DNA of 55,491 nt. Origin: Catajapyx aquilonaris. Its lineage: Eukaryota. Below the pieces are notes generated by a model. That model saw only the letters and a program-made list of their open reading frames with translations, ran no database searches and was not told the DNA's origin. The stretch is taken from contig KZ538023.1 in the NCBI GenBank assembly GCA_000934665.2, forward strand, positions 124,001 to 179,491. Direction: 5' to 3'. Shown here one piece after another: positions 23,201-34,624 of the stretch. The position numbers and the translations under genes are program-made. Each line of letters starts with the position of its first letter. Position 1 is the stretch's first letter.

Positions 23201-26200
23201 GCTATGCATGATTTATCTTACATAATAAAGAAGAAAGTTTGTATGTCCGCGGGCTACCTAACTCACTTTCAGACTACTGAGAGTTCTGAAACTTGGCACA
23301 CTGATGGCTGATTGAGGTACAAGTCACAAAATCGAACTATTATAGTCCTAATGCCCAAAGGATTTGATATAGTGTTAGCATATTATAATTATGTGCAACT
23401 AATTTCCTGCACATGAATATTTTAATTGCACATTTGCTATCGGGAAATTCGGCTCTTTGGCATGTGCCAGTGTATACTTTCATTCCATATATTACCTTCG
23501 ATTCGTCCCTGCTATCCAATTACGCGGAAGTACAAACCTATAGAATCAACATGCCGACAAAGCGACGTTTGTCTCATTATGAAGCGCCATTTCCTTGATA
23601 TGAAAACCGCTCCTTGTTTGTGCCCAGTGTATCAACAACCCATTATCCCTTTGTAACTTATCTGCAGGCAAATATTGTAATAAGGAAAATCAACCTAGTT
23701 ATTATACTCATCTATTGAAACAGCCCTCCTATCGAATATGATAAAAAGGTCCTACACATTTAATCCACCCTGAGTACAAGATGTGCTCCCAATATTTGAA
23801 TCCATGCAAAAAAAAACAACAACAGCCTGTGACAATCTTTTTCGTTGAAAAATCTCTCGGTAGGAAGGGGGGGTTGAATATGGTAACGAACCCGCCCCCA
23901 CCCACAGCACACAAGCCGCCCCGGGGCCTGCATCCGTCCGGGGGACGTTTATTGGATTGGGGCCTGAGTCTGCTGATTTGTTTTGGCAACGGGAAATGGG
24001 GAGGAAAAGTCAAGCTTGCAAACTAGGTTATGCCTTTCCGCTCACAGGCACAAATCAAAAGCCCTGGTCCTACCCACCCTAAAATTTCCTAAAAACTTGC
24101 ACCCTCCAGACGTATACACGTGTGTCCACAAGTGGCTCTTCACATACGGATTTTTCCCACCACCAAAGTGGCGCCTTCATTTTTTTGTACCAAGCTTTCT
24201 ATCCTTAGAAGCTGCCACCAACCTTATCCACAACAGACGCGCCTTTTCCCTAGGGGCAGCCCCTGGGCCAACCCCACCTTCTCCCAAAATCTCCACCAAA
24301 TTCAATCTCAACATCCGGATTTTTTTTCCCCCTCATCTCTTTTTCTTTCTTCCCCCTTCCAGCTTCTGCCACGTACCAGAGACATTCAAAGCCACTTTGA
24401 TCAAATCTGGCTTATAAGAGAGGAATGTCCTATACCTCCGGATTCATCTTACGGATTCCCCCAAAAAAAGGACGCATATATCCGGAAGTACCCGTCTTTT
24501 GATCTCCTTGAAAAATTGGTTGTCCTAAATGTCAGCTCCCCCACGTGTATTGACGACTGGCTAAAATAGACCGCACGACAAGGCCGCCTGCCTTATCTCG
24601 AATCATACTTTTTATACCTTAAAAACCTCCCGGACAAAAAAAATAACAAAAAGTAGGGAGGTTCTATATAAGGACTAATGAGTCCGGGCGTTTCCAAAAC
24701 GACACTCGTAAATGATGTAAGGTAGGTAAAATGTGCGCACGAGCCGAGGCTTTACCTTCCGAGATATTCCGTCAAATGGGCCCTAAATGACAAGAAGCCT
24801 GCATAATGTAGACGTATGCCTTTTTTCCTGCACTAGGCTGCCCCCCCCCCCCCCCCAAAAAAAAAACCTTCTCGCTTTTTATATATAAATTTTTTTCGGA
24901 GAAAAGGAAAAGGAAAAAGGCCGCTATGTGTAGTAAAAGTGGTGGGATTAGGGTTCCGAGCAGAGAAACACCGATACCAGATGCTAATGCCTGGCCTTAA
25001 TGCAGCCTTCCATATGCAAACGCCAGACTCGGTGTCTCCGAGAAAAGATGGGGCTCTGAACACTCTGCTAACAGTAGCAACAAAAAAAAAATGGGTATTG
25101 ATTTGGGTAGAACATTTAAAAAAAAAAAAAAAGTAAAGAGGAAAAAGTTTACCTCGAGGATGTGCTCCGGTTGCGCTTCTCGGTCCAGCTTCCGATTGGT
25201 GGTGCTGATAAGACCTGGGGAAAGAAATTGGATCGTAAGTCAAGCTAGTGTAGAAAAAAACAGGCAGCTCCGACTTACGTAGATCCGGACTTACGTATAA
25301 AAATGCGTAAGTCGATTTTTACGTAACTCGGAGCGATCTATAATATTAAAATTCATCTATAGACTGTAAATTCTGCACATTTCTTCGCTTGTGTTGTATA
25401 GAGTTGCTAAACTTAAGCAAGTTGAGATCAGCCAATCAGAACGAGCTTGCAGTTGCTTCAGCCAATACACGTTTGAGATTCGGATCCACCAATCAGAGAC
25501 CCAACAGGTTCTCCCCGCCAATATTTTTTTTAATAAAGCGACTCGTCATACAAAAATGCTTTCTATTTATGAGGCTCTACATTTTCCGTTTTTGGGGTAG
25601 GTTTTATGAGGGATCCGGAGCTGGAATGTCCGTCGCATGAGAGACTCGAGCAATCAGCGTGGAAATGCTCACTGGCTAGAAAATTGCTGCTGCTTCTGCC
25701 CCCCCAACCCCTGTTCCTAATTCTAGCCCACCCCACTTCCAACTCTATCGCTATGCCAGGCCACGAGGGACTTTCAAGAAACGATTATGCCTCCCTTTTA
25801 ATAGCCTGCCCTAAATCCGAGCCCCGCAAATATTGGCCACGTCGCAACTTTTTTTTTGTTGCATAAAAACCCAATTAAAATATGCAGAGTGCTTCTTTTT
25901 TTTACTTAAAAAAAACAACATTGGAGATTCTTCCTCTTTTTTCTTGTTTCTTTGAAGAAATTTTTCTAACGTGGCTTAGATAGGTGTGAGCGAGGCTCCA
26001 AAATTTCTCTGGGCCTCATAATTGTAAATTCCACGCCTCCCCCAGCCTGCAAAGCTTCGAGCCCCAGCAAGAAGTCGTAAAAATGATTCAGGACCTTCGG
26101 GCGAAGAGCTTGGGACGAAAAAACGACGTATCTGCACCGAGACGATGGAGGGGGAAAAAAAGTACACGTACAAAAACTGTGAGAGTGTGCTGCTCACGTA

Positions 26201-29200
26201 CTCTTTTTTTTTCTTCTTCTTCTCACACCTCCAATACAAACTCCAGCCCAGTAAAGCCCACAGCTCCTAACGCCAATTATCACATCTAAACCAATAATTC
26301 CGCAGAAGCAATACCGCGGCTTGGGTTATACGTATATATATTTTTTGTCCCCCAGTTTTTCGCCAAGTTTGCCAAACGCCATTTCCACAACTCCTCGAAA
26401 AAAAAATGTTCAAGCACATAGCTATACGATTGGCTAGTGCAAGCTAAACCACAATCAGCAAGTAATTGTTTAAATGTCAATTATCCTGGATATTCAGACA
26501 AAGAACTGAAGAGTACGACAATAATTTAAACACGCTTTAGAGATATCATGCAATATTGTCTTTTCTTTCAGCTATTTAAATAAAAAAATTTATTCAAGCA
26601 TTTTACTGCAGTAACATCCTTTTTAGTTGTGATGCAACAAATTGTACATTTACAGGAAATACTAAATTACTACAATAAGTTTACATTATTTACGAGAATG
26701 TTACTGCAGTAAAATGCTTGCAGAATTTTATATTAAAATAGCTGAAAGAAACTATATCATTCATTATTATGATCATGTAGTATTTTCTTGCAGCTTTATT
26801 TCGTGTAAATGCAAATTCATTGTAATATTTCAGCAATTCCTGTAAATGTACAATTTATTACAGAATTTTATTCATTCGTGCCATTTTACGATTTTTGTCT
26901 TTTTTTTTGCAAGTTTACAATTTATTTCAGCATTTTCCGCATTCGAATAATTTAACAGACATTATCAATATTCATCAGCACCAGTGGTTTTTTAACATGT
27001 TATTGCATACAATTTCAACAATTTAATTTTACACGACAGGAACTTGCCCTCACAACAATGTATCGCAGGAAATTCTTGCCAGCAACTAACTCGAATCCCA
27101 TCGAAGCAACTGGGTCATTCCCTCCCAAAGTTTGGCAATCGTTCCCTACTGTGCTGTCATTCAAACTCTCACGCATTTTCAACCCTCCCTGAAAAAAAAA
27201 AAACTATTTCCAAAATGGCCGCCAGGGAAACATATAGCCCTGAGCAGTGATTGGGAAGAGTGCAGATGGGAATCAGGGAAATGATTACAGCCCTCACAAT
27301 TAGCAATGAAGCGATGGGGGGGTGCTCTTTTTTTGTGTGTGTATGTCCCCCCACCCCCCTTTAACCTCTCTAAACGCTCCCATGAGTTGAGTGAAATATA
27401 CTTTCGCGCCCATCTGGCACGAAACTACATCTTTGAATAATTTCCTGGCTGTCGACGCCCCCACTCCGATCATCGATTTTACTCAACCTGCCAAAAGCAT
27501 GATAGCCTCCATATTTCAAACTATCCCTCCAAATTTTTTTATATTATTATTCCTTGAGAGAGGCGGAGTTACGATTCAATGCCTACAATTTCCCTCGATC
27601 GGTCTGGAACAAATGATATCGCGTTTTTTTTTACTCCTTGGGAAATATAAGAACCGATTTTTTCTCTCTCTTCTCTCTCTCTCCATCAGCTGTGAGCAAT
27701 ATGAGTGAAAACAAGGAAGCAAAGGTTTCCTTTTAGTTGTCACGACCTCTCTGGAAGCAAACACAAGATGGAGGAAATTACATCTCTCTGCTAACAGGAG
27801 ACTATTTTCTTGGCTGCTGGGCCGGAGAGCAAAATCCGCCCTGGCGCGTCTCTCTAATTACATGCTCCAAAGTCTGTTTTTCGGCAAGAGAGGTGCAATT
27901 TTTTGAGGGGTCCCCCCCCCTCAAAAAAAGCAAGTTCTGGCCTATTGATTGCATCCTTGAATAAAATGGCATCATTTAAAAATCCGGGTCAATAAATTCC
28001 GGGGGAGTTGCCATCATGGGTTTGGGCGATTAATTTTGGTGCCCCCCCCCCTCTATAGTCGATGGATGCCTTCTTTGGCAACCAACAAGTGCTCTTAATG
28101 AGATTCCTCATCCCTGAGTTTTTCCTGCCGCTTCAGGGGGCTTCTACTGTTTTTTCTTTTAATGAGCAAAATTGGTGGGTCCAAAGTTGCAGCCGGTTGG
28201 ATTCTTATTGTTTTTTGGGGAGCCCTCCCCGAATCGGCACTTGTGCGGTTTTTATGACCCTCTTCAACAGGTACGACCACCGACTTTTATCATCTCCCCA
28301 GCAGACACTCCGGAGACACTTAGTCATTACCTTATCTATAAAAAATAGAGGCTTTCTTTTAACTTTGTATCGAGTACACCAACTTATCTAAGCAACAAGT
28401 ACAAACCACTAACTACTTTGAATGCCACTCAAGGCAGGACAGGCATCTATCAATTTAATTCCGGCACAAAACCGCAATTGCAAAGTGTTCAAACAATGCA
28501 TCCTATTAAGAGAAACGGGTGTGGGCGAATTAGACGCATTAGTTGTGATTATCCGCATTCCGCTTTCCCGGAACAATTGTTTCCATTTGGGGATGTGCGA
28601 GTCGTGATTACCCAGGGTTTTCTCTATTCAATTGTCCCTCTTAAGCCTTCCGAAAACTAGGCCTGGGGACGCTTAATTTTTAATCGGCCATGTCCGCTGT
28701 GTACCGCACAAAAGAGGCTTCAAACCTCTGGCAGCACTTGAATAAAAATCCGGGGAGCTGGGGAACCCGGAATTAACACTGGCCGCGTTCCGTCGGATGA
28801 CCGAGGGATTATGCCATGTTGTTGTTGTTTAAGCTCCTTAGAAATGTGTGTTGCTGCTGGGCAGAGTTTAGTTTTAAAAAATACCTGTTCTGGAGTCCAT
28901 GGAGAAGAGAGACTGCGGGTTTCCAGCGGTTATCCTGAAGCTCAGTCTCTGGTTCGGATCCCGGTCGCCGTCCTTGGCTTGTACCTGTAGTACCGGCGTG
29001 TTCGGTGCGGAGTTCTCCGGTACATGTCGGTAGTACGCTGGCTCCAGTGTCAGTGGCACGTTGTCGTTCTCGTCCGACACTTCGATGTACACCTGGAAAA
29101 GATTGTCATTTTTTTACTAACGTACACAAAGCGACAAAACTTGGCTCCACCCACTAAAGTTTGGCACATGCGCATCCCCCCTCTGAAAGTTCTGCGCATG

Positions 29201-32200
29201 TGCAGGTTTTCGAGAAGGGGGATGCGCATGCGCCAAACTTGTGGCGTCAGGTTGTCTCAGATTGGCTGGAGTATTAGTGGACTGTTTACGTGCCCAATGG
29301 AGGCCGCCATCTTGTGTTGCTATGGAAATAGTGGCCGGCTCTGACGTCACGGTCGACTCCGATTGGCTGGAGCCAGAAGGCCTGTACTATTCCAGCCAAT
29401 CAGAGACCAGCTGACGTCACAAGTTGGCGACTCTCTTCTTACAGTCTCTCTAATTCGCTCAAACTTGTCAGAGGCTGACATCTGGCGGATCTTATTGTTT
29501 ATGCGCATGCGCATGCGCATAAACGGATCCGCTAGATGGTAGCATCTGACAACCTGGCATCTATCGGCAACACAGCAACAACACTGTTTCGAACGGTGTA
29601 AACTGCCAATTAATATTTCGCCCCAAATAAACAAGCCCCCCTTTTGTACACGTAAATGGCAGTTGTACATGTCTGACATGATTCCCCTGCGGTGAAATCA
29701 AACTGTGTGATCGAATAAACGACCCACATTTGGAGGGAGGTCCATATATGCCAATTATTCACCAGAAAGTGTTGCAAACTGAGACCACTCCCTTCAATTT
29801 TCACTGTTGTTCGGGGAAGGGGGGCGGGGGAGGACTTAATTAAGCTGGGAGACAGGTATGTGCACGGTGCATGCGTGCAAAACCTCGGGGGGAAATATGG
29901 CAACGGCGTCGGTTGCAAATGGACAATTTGCCGTCAAAGCGACCGTTTCCTGTATACCGCCAGGCACAGCGGACACGAGGTTTTGTGCTCTATTTGAATA
30001 AAGCTTCAACGCTCGTCTATCACGCCAACAAGCTCTCTCGCTTGGAAAAGACATCAAGAAAGTGACCTTTTGCAACAATGCATTATCACGCTTCCTATAT
30101 GAAATACCGCATTTTATTAAAGCGCATGCGTGGTGACCTCTTTTGGGTCAACTATCACCAATGAAGTCAAACCCAATTTTTTTTGTCGGACCATCGTGCA
30201 TGTTATTTGAAAAGACTATTACCCGCTGAATAATTATTACTCTACTGGAAAATGATTCGCAAAGTAAACATAATTACCCGTAAATTAACATCGATGCTTC
30301 GAATATCCTCTCTCTTTTTGGATCCGCCATTATCCCCCCCCCCCCTCACTTTCTATAATCAGTTAGATGTGATTAACTTTCAAAAAAGGGGGCTTTTTAA
30401 AAACTGCCCCACTTTTTCCGGGAAAATAAATGCGGCCGCTAAATGTCATTAAAATCCCTGGGAAAACGAGCTGGATCCCTATACCCTGTTATGCTTGGCC
30501 ACTTCATACATGTAATACTCCCCGCCACAACAATAATTAGACATATTTTATGATTTGCATAATTATCCGGCCAGCGCATTTTAACGCCCGTGTTTACCTA
30601 CACGTGGCTCGACCCTATTTTCTAGCCACGACCTCACATAGTTCCGGACACACGTTACATTATTTTCAAAAGCATGGCCTGTGGACCCATATTATACTGA
30701 TAACGCTGCGTTACCCTGCACACGATGCGGCCAAAAAAAATATTTAAAAAAATATCAAATAATAATCATCTAAAAATCAAAACAGCATCCATGAATTTAA
30801 AAAGCCAAAAAATAAACAAAAATCACCAATAAAACAAATAACTTATTAATCATCAAAAATTTAACAATAACATAAGTAAAGATATAACAATAATCATCGA
30901 TAAATCAAAAATCTTAAATGGATTTTGCCATCACTTGCTCCAGGTTTATTTCCCTCAGGCCATGGGTCCCTTTTTAAAGCGCCTGTCTAGTATGCTTCCC
31001 ACCTTGCAATTGAGCCACAATGGTTGCTCTCGACACCCAGGATAAAAACATCCAACCAAGGTCATTACAACGCTGCGTGGTCCCAAATCCCCACCTCCAA
31101 AAAAAAGCCCAGCTATGTGCAAAGACGCCTTACACACAAAAAAAAAAAAAAACTAGAGAGAAACCCCCTGGTGTTGTTGGCTACGGATTGGGCTTCTGCT
31201 GTGCCGACACGGGTTTGCGTTTTCCTTAAAAGCGTTTTCGGACAGGAGATTGAATCGTGGGTGGTATAGGAGAGGGGGGGGGGGCTAACAGGGGAGAAAA
31301 CAAGTACAACACCCCCCACCCTCCTCTTTCTATAGAAACTTTGCCAACGCTCGATAGTCCAAGGGGTTCAAGGGGAAAAAAAGGCGTCAAAGGCAATGCT
31401 TGGCAGGAACGTTGGACACGGTCATCACATTGGACGCCCTCGAATTTGCAAGCAAAAATTTTCGACCCAGACGTTTTTCGGTAGGTTCAACACATAAGTG
31501 GCCCCCGATAGCCATCACAGCAGCCGCACACAAAAAAAGAGGAAACGGAGGGGCTAAATTTTTGGTCAGCAGGGGACCAGTTTTACACGCAACCGCCCCC
31601 TGGTTTTTATGTTGAAAGCAGAGATCGCCTGCCAAATGACCGCTTGTCCGCTCTATCTCCTTCCGCTAGATTTGCACCCAGTATAACCCGATACGGCCAG
31701 ATGGACCAAAACAGCAAGCTGGGGGGGAACAATACAAGGGGCATGGAGGCCCACTCTTATCTTGTAATCTTTCGATCACGGACCAGCTGCACTACTGCGG
31801 TTTCCTAAGGTCGATAACACTTTTTTTTACCTCCTTGGAGAGAAAGACTTCTTGCAAGTGTTTGTTGACAGTGGACTCTGTTGATTTTTATCGATAGCTG
31901 CACACAAAAGAATGGTTATAGTTGAGGCGATGGAAACAACAATCCGCGATGTGTCTAGCCAGCAATAATGTGTCAACCCACAAAAAATGCCAACATTGAG
32001 CCAAGCACATACCTAAAGGATCGTACTTCATACGGTTAAAATCAAGCTGGCGAAATCTGCATACTTTGCCATAAAGGGTTCTCAAAACTGTTCTCATGTG
32101 GGTTGACACATTATTGCACAACACAGTCTAATTTCACCCCCATTCGAACTGGTTGCTGGAGTCACCAGCTGACCAAATTTAAAAAGGGGAGGGCCATAAG

Positions 32201-34624
32201 AGGCGACTAGACCTAATTTGTATTTCTGTGTGCAAGCTACTGTCATTAAATTGAATCAGTTTCGGTTCCGCGCACTGAGCCGGCCACATCCGTGTGTGTA
32301 ATAAAAAGTCAGGAATTAAACCTGGCCAAAAAAAGCTGATTACTGCCGCAAAAATAAACCGGCATAAAATACACAGTTTGCATCGCGCTACGACGCCCCT
32401 GGGACGAATCATACATGGATGCACTTTTTTTGTTGTTGTTATCTTCGCGGGCAATATAACCGCAATTACATTCCTAATCTTCCGTTTTTAATTACTGACT
32501 GCTCCACCGCGAGTCCTTTGTCTTAAGAAAAAGAAAATGCTAAGATTCTCACTGAAGTCATTATAGGTTAACAGCAGGTCACATCATAAACTTGGTTGGC
32601 ACATCAGGCGGGGGTGGTATACTCCGCAGAATAATTCCTAACGTGCGTTTACCGTCCAAAATGCTTGGAACATTTTGCACTATCATCGCCACTATTTAGG
32701 GCACGCGACCACCGACTAAACATCAAAAAATACGACCATCCACAAAACAATAGTTGTAATCCTGCGAATTCACGCATGCTCGGCGCAGACGCTTCCGAAA
32801 ATTCGCCAAAAAAAAGAACAAATGACTGCGGCGAAGGCATAATGGCGACTAATCATCATTCCGGCACTGTCATGCGTCATGAGCATCCGGCTATCTGAAC
32901 TGGGGGCTACAAAAGCACCATAACTCAACGGGCAGGGCAGCTGCCACCACCGCTTCACTACAACACCCGCAATTCAATTTTACAGACTATACACCATACC
33001 CTGCTGCCGAAAAAAAAACACAACATCATGAGCTGGTGGGTGGTAAGTGATTGGTTGGGTTGGGTCAAAGTGGGTTGCAGATGCAATCTGAATCTCCCAT
33101 GTTGCGAATTATTTGTGTGCCTCCCGATAAACTAACGCCCATTATGAAAATAGACTCCTGTGGGTTCGTTTTCTGGGGAAGCCTCTCCCAATTAATAACC
33201 GCGGGAGTTTCATATTTTCAGAGCAAGAGGTGGTGCATTGCCCCTGCCTGTAATTCAACACAGTGCATCACCATGTACTATAGGAAAAACAAGGGCTTTA
33301 GAAATTTGCTAATTCCTTTCCAAGCATCTTCCGCAGACAGCCTGAAACAACATCGATTTAAATTCGATTACTCGCTGAATTAATGCCCTCTCCCGAGAGA
33401 GAGCAAAATGTCAACAAATAGGGGGGGCGTGACAAATCGCGACTTTTATGAACTGGGAAACTCCCTCTGAAACATCTGTAGGCTTTCAATAATACCGGGA
33501 GTTGTTGCGTCCAAAATATCCGAACCAGGTTTATGCGCGTAACTGACAAATGGGGAGCTCAATTCTGTGCCTGTCATGTATGATGCGCAATATGAGGGGT
33601 CGGAAAAGTCGGTTATGCCAACCGCTTATAAAACTGTGCACTGACTGGTTTACATGATGACATTAATTGCACACCAACGACAGTGGAAATCAAGCGCTCA
33701 TATACGACGCGTAATAAACGCATCAAATTTTTTTTAACAAAGCCGAAGAAAATTTGGGCCGATTTTTCGTCGCCTGGTGCAACTTTTAATTTTTGTTTTA
33801 AATACGATAAAACTCATATGGATGCCAGCAATAATATAATCGTATTCCACCTCAATGCTCAACACACGTTTTAGGGCCTCAGATACATTTTTCAAAAAAA
33901 TACTGCTCAACATATCAGGGAAAAAAAGCAATGCAAAAATAGAGAGAGGAATGTTGCAGTAACCTAGTTGCACTCTGGTGTGTGCCTCTCTTCTTTCTCA
34001 TGGGTTCAATTCATAGCTTCATAAACCACAAAAGCCAGGCGCTACTTGGCCTGCGGGACTTTCCATCGGGCCATTATCGCCTTCATTACCAAGTTCAGCA
34101 GCACTAACACCCTCAACTCACTCAAAACCCTTTCCCACGCTTTAATGCACACTTTTTTTTTTATACAGAACGCAAGTACCGCAAATAATTAGCCACGTCT
34201 TATTAAGGCGACATTTAGTATACACTTAAAGAAATTGTCAAGGATTTCACAGGTTGCACATTCAAATCAGTTTGATCCAACCGGAATTGGATCGTTATGA
34301 CCAATCAACCGGACCATGGCAAACATAATTTAATCGCAAGTTCGTGAATTAGGGTTTGTAAATGCATGGCCTGAGGGGCTGGGCAGCCACGTGGTGGCAC
34401 AGCTATTAAGAGAGATGCTCTCCAGGCACCCCAACTTGGGAGGCATGAATAATATTTGGGAGAGATGCAAGGATATAGGCGAGGGAAGAGAATAAGGAAG
34501 ACTAATGATGTCCTTACCTCCAGTCGAGCCGAGAGGGGCACTGCACCGTGATCTTGGGCGTATATAGTCAGCCAGTAGTATGACTTTGTCTCACGATCCA
34601 GTACAGCCAGCGTCTCGATGTTGC
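12..34624 (-). CDS. kug: Fat-like atypical cadherin (kugelei/fat2, FAT1-3 type), partial spliced CDS: join of 34518-34624, 28885-29092, 25153-25214, 18989-19150, [15319-15432], 12483-12635, 11876-12092, 11285-11424, 8533-9435, 7220-8474, 6723-6944, [6508-6528], [5981-6004], 4805-5041, 4532-4732, 3765-4474, 3565-3709, 3053-3503, 2801-2998, 2343-2734, 12-2287; N- and C-termini lie outside the window
   Basis: Repeated cadherin motifs (DxNDNxP, LDRE/LDYE, AxDxD). The last repeat [24 protein letters not shown] followed by a non-cadherin linker and a Cys-rich segment is typical of FAT1-3/Fat-like proteins. All junctions are GT-AG with consistent phases. Confidence 0.93.
2343..2734 (-). CDS. kug: Fat-like cadherin exon (R)[11 protein letters not shown]...IDILDAN
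   Basis: Acceptor ttctgtag at 2735, donor gtagga at 2342; phase 2 to 1; DYNDSP and LDRE motifs. Confidence 0.95.
2801..2998 (-). CDS. kug: Fat-like cadherin exon (R)VTVAENS...LDREKTF(R)
   Basis: Acceptor tttgtag at 2999, donor gtaagc at 2800; phase 2 to 2. Confidence 0.95.
3053..3503 (-). CDS. kug: Fat-like cadherin exon (S)[14 protein letters not shown]...[14 protein letters not shown](R)
   Basis: Acceptor tttgcag at 3504, donor gtaatt at 3052; phase 1 to 2. Confidence 0.95.
3565..3709 (-). CDS. kug: Fat-like cadherin exon [16 protein letters not shown]...[13 protein letters not shown] (not in ORF track)
   Basis: Acceptor ttttgcag at 3710, donor gtgagt at 3564; phase 0 to 1; ATDAD motif. 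Confidence 0.93.
3765..4474 (-). CDS. kug: Fat-like cadherin exon (V)LDTNDNPP...GTTFLK
   Basis: Acceptor tttgcag at 4475, donor gtatgt at 3764; phase 1 to 0. Confidence 0.95.
4532..4732 (-). CDS. kug: Fat-like cadherin exon (G)INREFRY...LDHEHQK...AHVWIE
   Basis: Acceptor atttcag at 4733, donor gtgagt at 4531; phase 1 to 1. Confidence 0.94.
4805..5041 (-). CDS. kug: Fat-like cadherin exon (G/C)[11 protein letters not shown]...EAADNDT, preceded by a rare GAG acceptor
   Basis: Donor gttaga at 4804. The only nearby AG is attcgag (5042-5044), and it restores [16 protein letters not shown] in phase 1. Confidence 0.88.
5981..6004 (-). CDS. kug: 24-nt cassette microexon of the Fat-like cadherin, (A)PDSNNGP(C)
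   Basis: Acceptor ttcttttttctgacgcaacag, donor gtgagt. Symmetric phase 1-1, no stop; gives [19 protein letters not shown]. Confidence 0.8.
6508..6528 (-). CDS. kug: 21-nt cassette microexon candidate of the Fat-like cadherin, (G)KRMRPD(C)
   Basis: Acceptor gttatttttagacag, donor gtgaga. Symmetric phase 1-1, purine-rich, ends in T like the 24-nt exon; gives [18 protein letters not shown]. Confidence 0.6.
6723..6944 (-). CDS. kug: Fat-like cadherin exon (G)VTPCSTEV...EEFAVDFNT
   Basis: Acceptor tgtttccag at 6945, donor gtgagc at 6722; phase 1 to 1. Confidence 0.95.
6974..7042. repeat. Short tandem repeat, 25-bp unit (cttacacattagttacgtactgaca), about 2.7 copies
   Basis: Copies begin at 6974, 6999 and 7024. 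Confidence 0.8.
7220..8474 (-). CDS. kug: Fat-like cadherin exon [21 protein letters not shown]...LIVAAYDG
   Basis: Acceptor ttttttacag at 8475, donor gttagt at 7219; four cadherin repeats; phase 0 to 1. Confidence 0.96.
8533..9435 (-). CDS. kug: Fat-like cadherin exon [13 protein letters not shown]...[10 protein letters not shown]
   Basis: Acceptor ttttgtccgacag at 9436, donor gtgagg at 8532; phase 0 to 0. Confidence 0.96.
11285..11424 (-). CDS. kug: Fat-like cadherin exon (G)GNEGSVF...LDWE...HQARMQ
   Basis: Acceptor ttccctttgcag at 11425, donor gtacta at 11284; phase 1 to 0. Confidence 0.93.
11876..12092 (-). CDS. kug: Fat-like cadherin exon [10 protein letters not shown]...[15 protein letters not shown]
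   Basis: Acceptor ttttttcttgtag at 12093, donor gtgagt at 11875; phase 0 to 1. Confidence 0.94.
12483..12635 (-). CDS. kug: Fat-like cadherin exon [16 protein letters not shown]...GKEFELQ
   Basis: Acceptor ttgtcacag at 12636, donor gtaagt at 12482; phase 0 to 0. Confidence 0.94.
15319..15432 (-). CDS. kug: 114-nt cassette exon [38 protein letters not shown]
   Basis: Acceptor ctccccctttttatag, donor AGG|gtaagc. 38 codons with no stop; symmetric phase 0-0 matching the host intron; GC-richer island in an AT-rich intron. Confidence 0.82.
16198..16381. mobile_element. MITE-like fold-back element with an internal (GTGTC)7 microsatellite and inverted (GACAC)n
   Basis: Imperfect terminal inverted repeats tatactttttctcattggg / ccccgatgagaaaaggtcta, TA at both ends; gtgtc x7 at 16301-16335 mirrored by acgacacgacacga. 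Confidence 0.6.
17573..17735 (+). repeat. Dispersed repeat family A, copy 1
   Basis: Aligns by eye with 46495-46660 (cccaccagaggcgctgc...ggccaata.gaagcgtcgcggtaacaata...ctacgat.ttaatatta...ggcgcc). Confidence 0.8.
18742..18818. mobile_element. Short palindromic MITE-like element (TAGTAC...GTACTA) family B, copy 1
   Basis: Inverted termini, internal tagatggcgc...tgccatc; similar to 21619-21691. Confidence 0.6.
18989..19150 (-). CDS. kug: Fat-like cadherin exon [13 protein letters not shown]...DVNDHSP...DHPVYQ
   Basis: Acceptor ttttttctatgtgcag at 19151, donor gtcaga at 18988; phase 0 to 0. Confidence 0.94.
19764..19856. other. Assembly gap (N run) flanked by (CA)n and poly-C
   Basis: N bases. 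Confidence 0.99.
21619..21691. mobile_element. Short palindromic MITE-like element family B, copy 2
   Basis: tagtacca...tagatggcggcca...ctctgcacactgctgccac...tggtacta. Confidence 0.6.
25153..25214 (-). CDS. kug: Fat-like cadherin 62-nt exon (G)[20 protein letters not shown] (not in ORF track)
   Basis: Acceptor tttctttccccag at 25215, donor gtaaac at 25152; LDRE motif; phase 1 to 0 exactly bridges the neighbouring exons. Confidence 0.93.
26562..26751. repeat. AT-rich inverted repeat (arms about 55 bp), fold-back element remnant
   Basis: tttctttcagctattt...caagcattttactgcagtaacat pairs with atgttactgcagtaaaatgcttg...aaatagctgaaagaaa. Confidence 0.8.
28885..29092 (-). CDS. kug: Fat-like cadherin exon [13 protein letters not shown]...FSMDSRT
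   Basis: Acceptor tcttttccag at 29093, donor gtattt at 28884; phase 0 to 1. Confidence 0.95.
29157..29240. repeat. 84-bp imperfect palindrome
   Basis: aagtttggcacatgcgcatccccc ... gggggatgcgcatgcgccaaactt. Confidence 0.8.
29231..29435. mobile_element. MITE family C, copy 1 (about 45-bp TIRs, CCAAT-rich)
   Basis: TIRs cgccaaacttgtggcgtcag...gattggctggagta / tattccagccaatcagagac...caagttggcgactctc; interior is the reverse complement of the 46132-46426 interior. Confidence 0.8.
29465..29552. repeat. 88-bp imperfect palindrome with a perfect core gtttatgcgcatgcgcatgcgcataaac
   Basis: ttgtcagaggctgacatctggcggatc ... gatccgctagatggtagcatctgacaa. Confidence 0.8.
31962..32117. mobile_element. MITE family D, copy 1 (perfect 21-bp TIR gcaataatgtgtcaacccaca)
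   Basis: TIRs visible; interior shared with 43074-43286 and 40381-40450. Confidence 0.8.
34518..34624 (-). CDS. kug: Fat-like cadherin exon (G)[35 protein letters not shown]; most 5' exon found in the window
   Basis: Acceptor tgtctttccag at 34625, donor gtaagg at 34517; LDRE and AQDHG motifs; phase 1 to 0. Confidence 0.94.
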
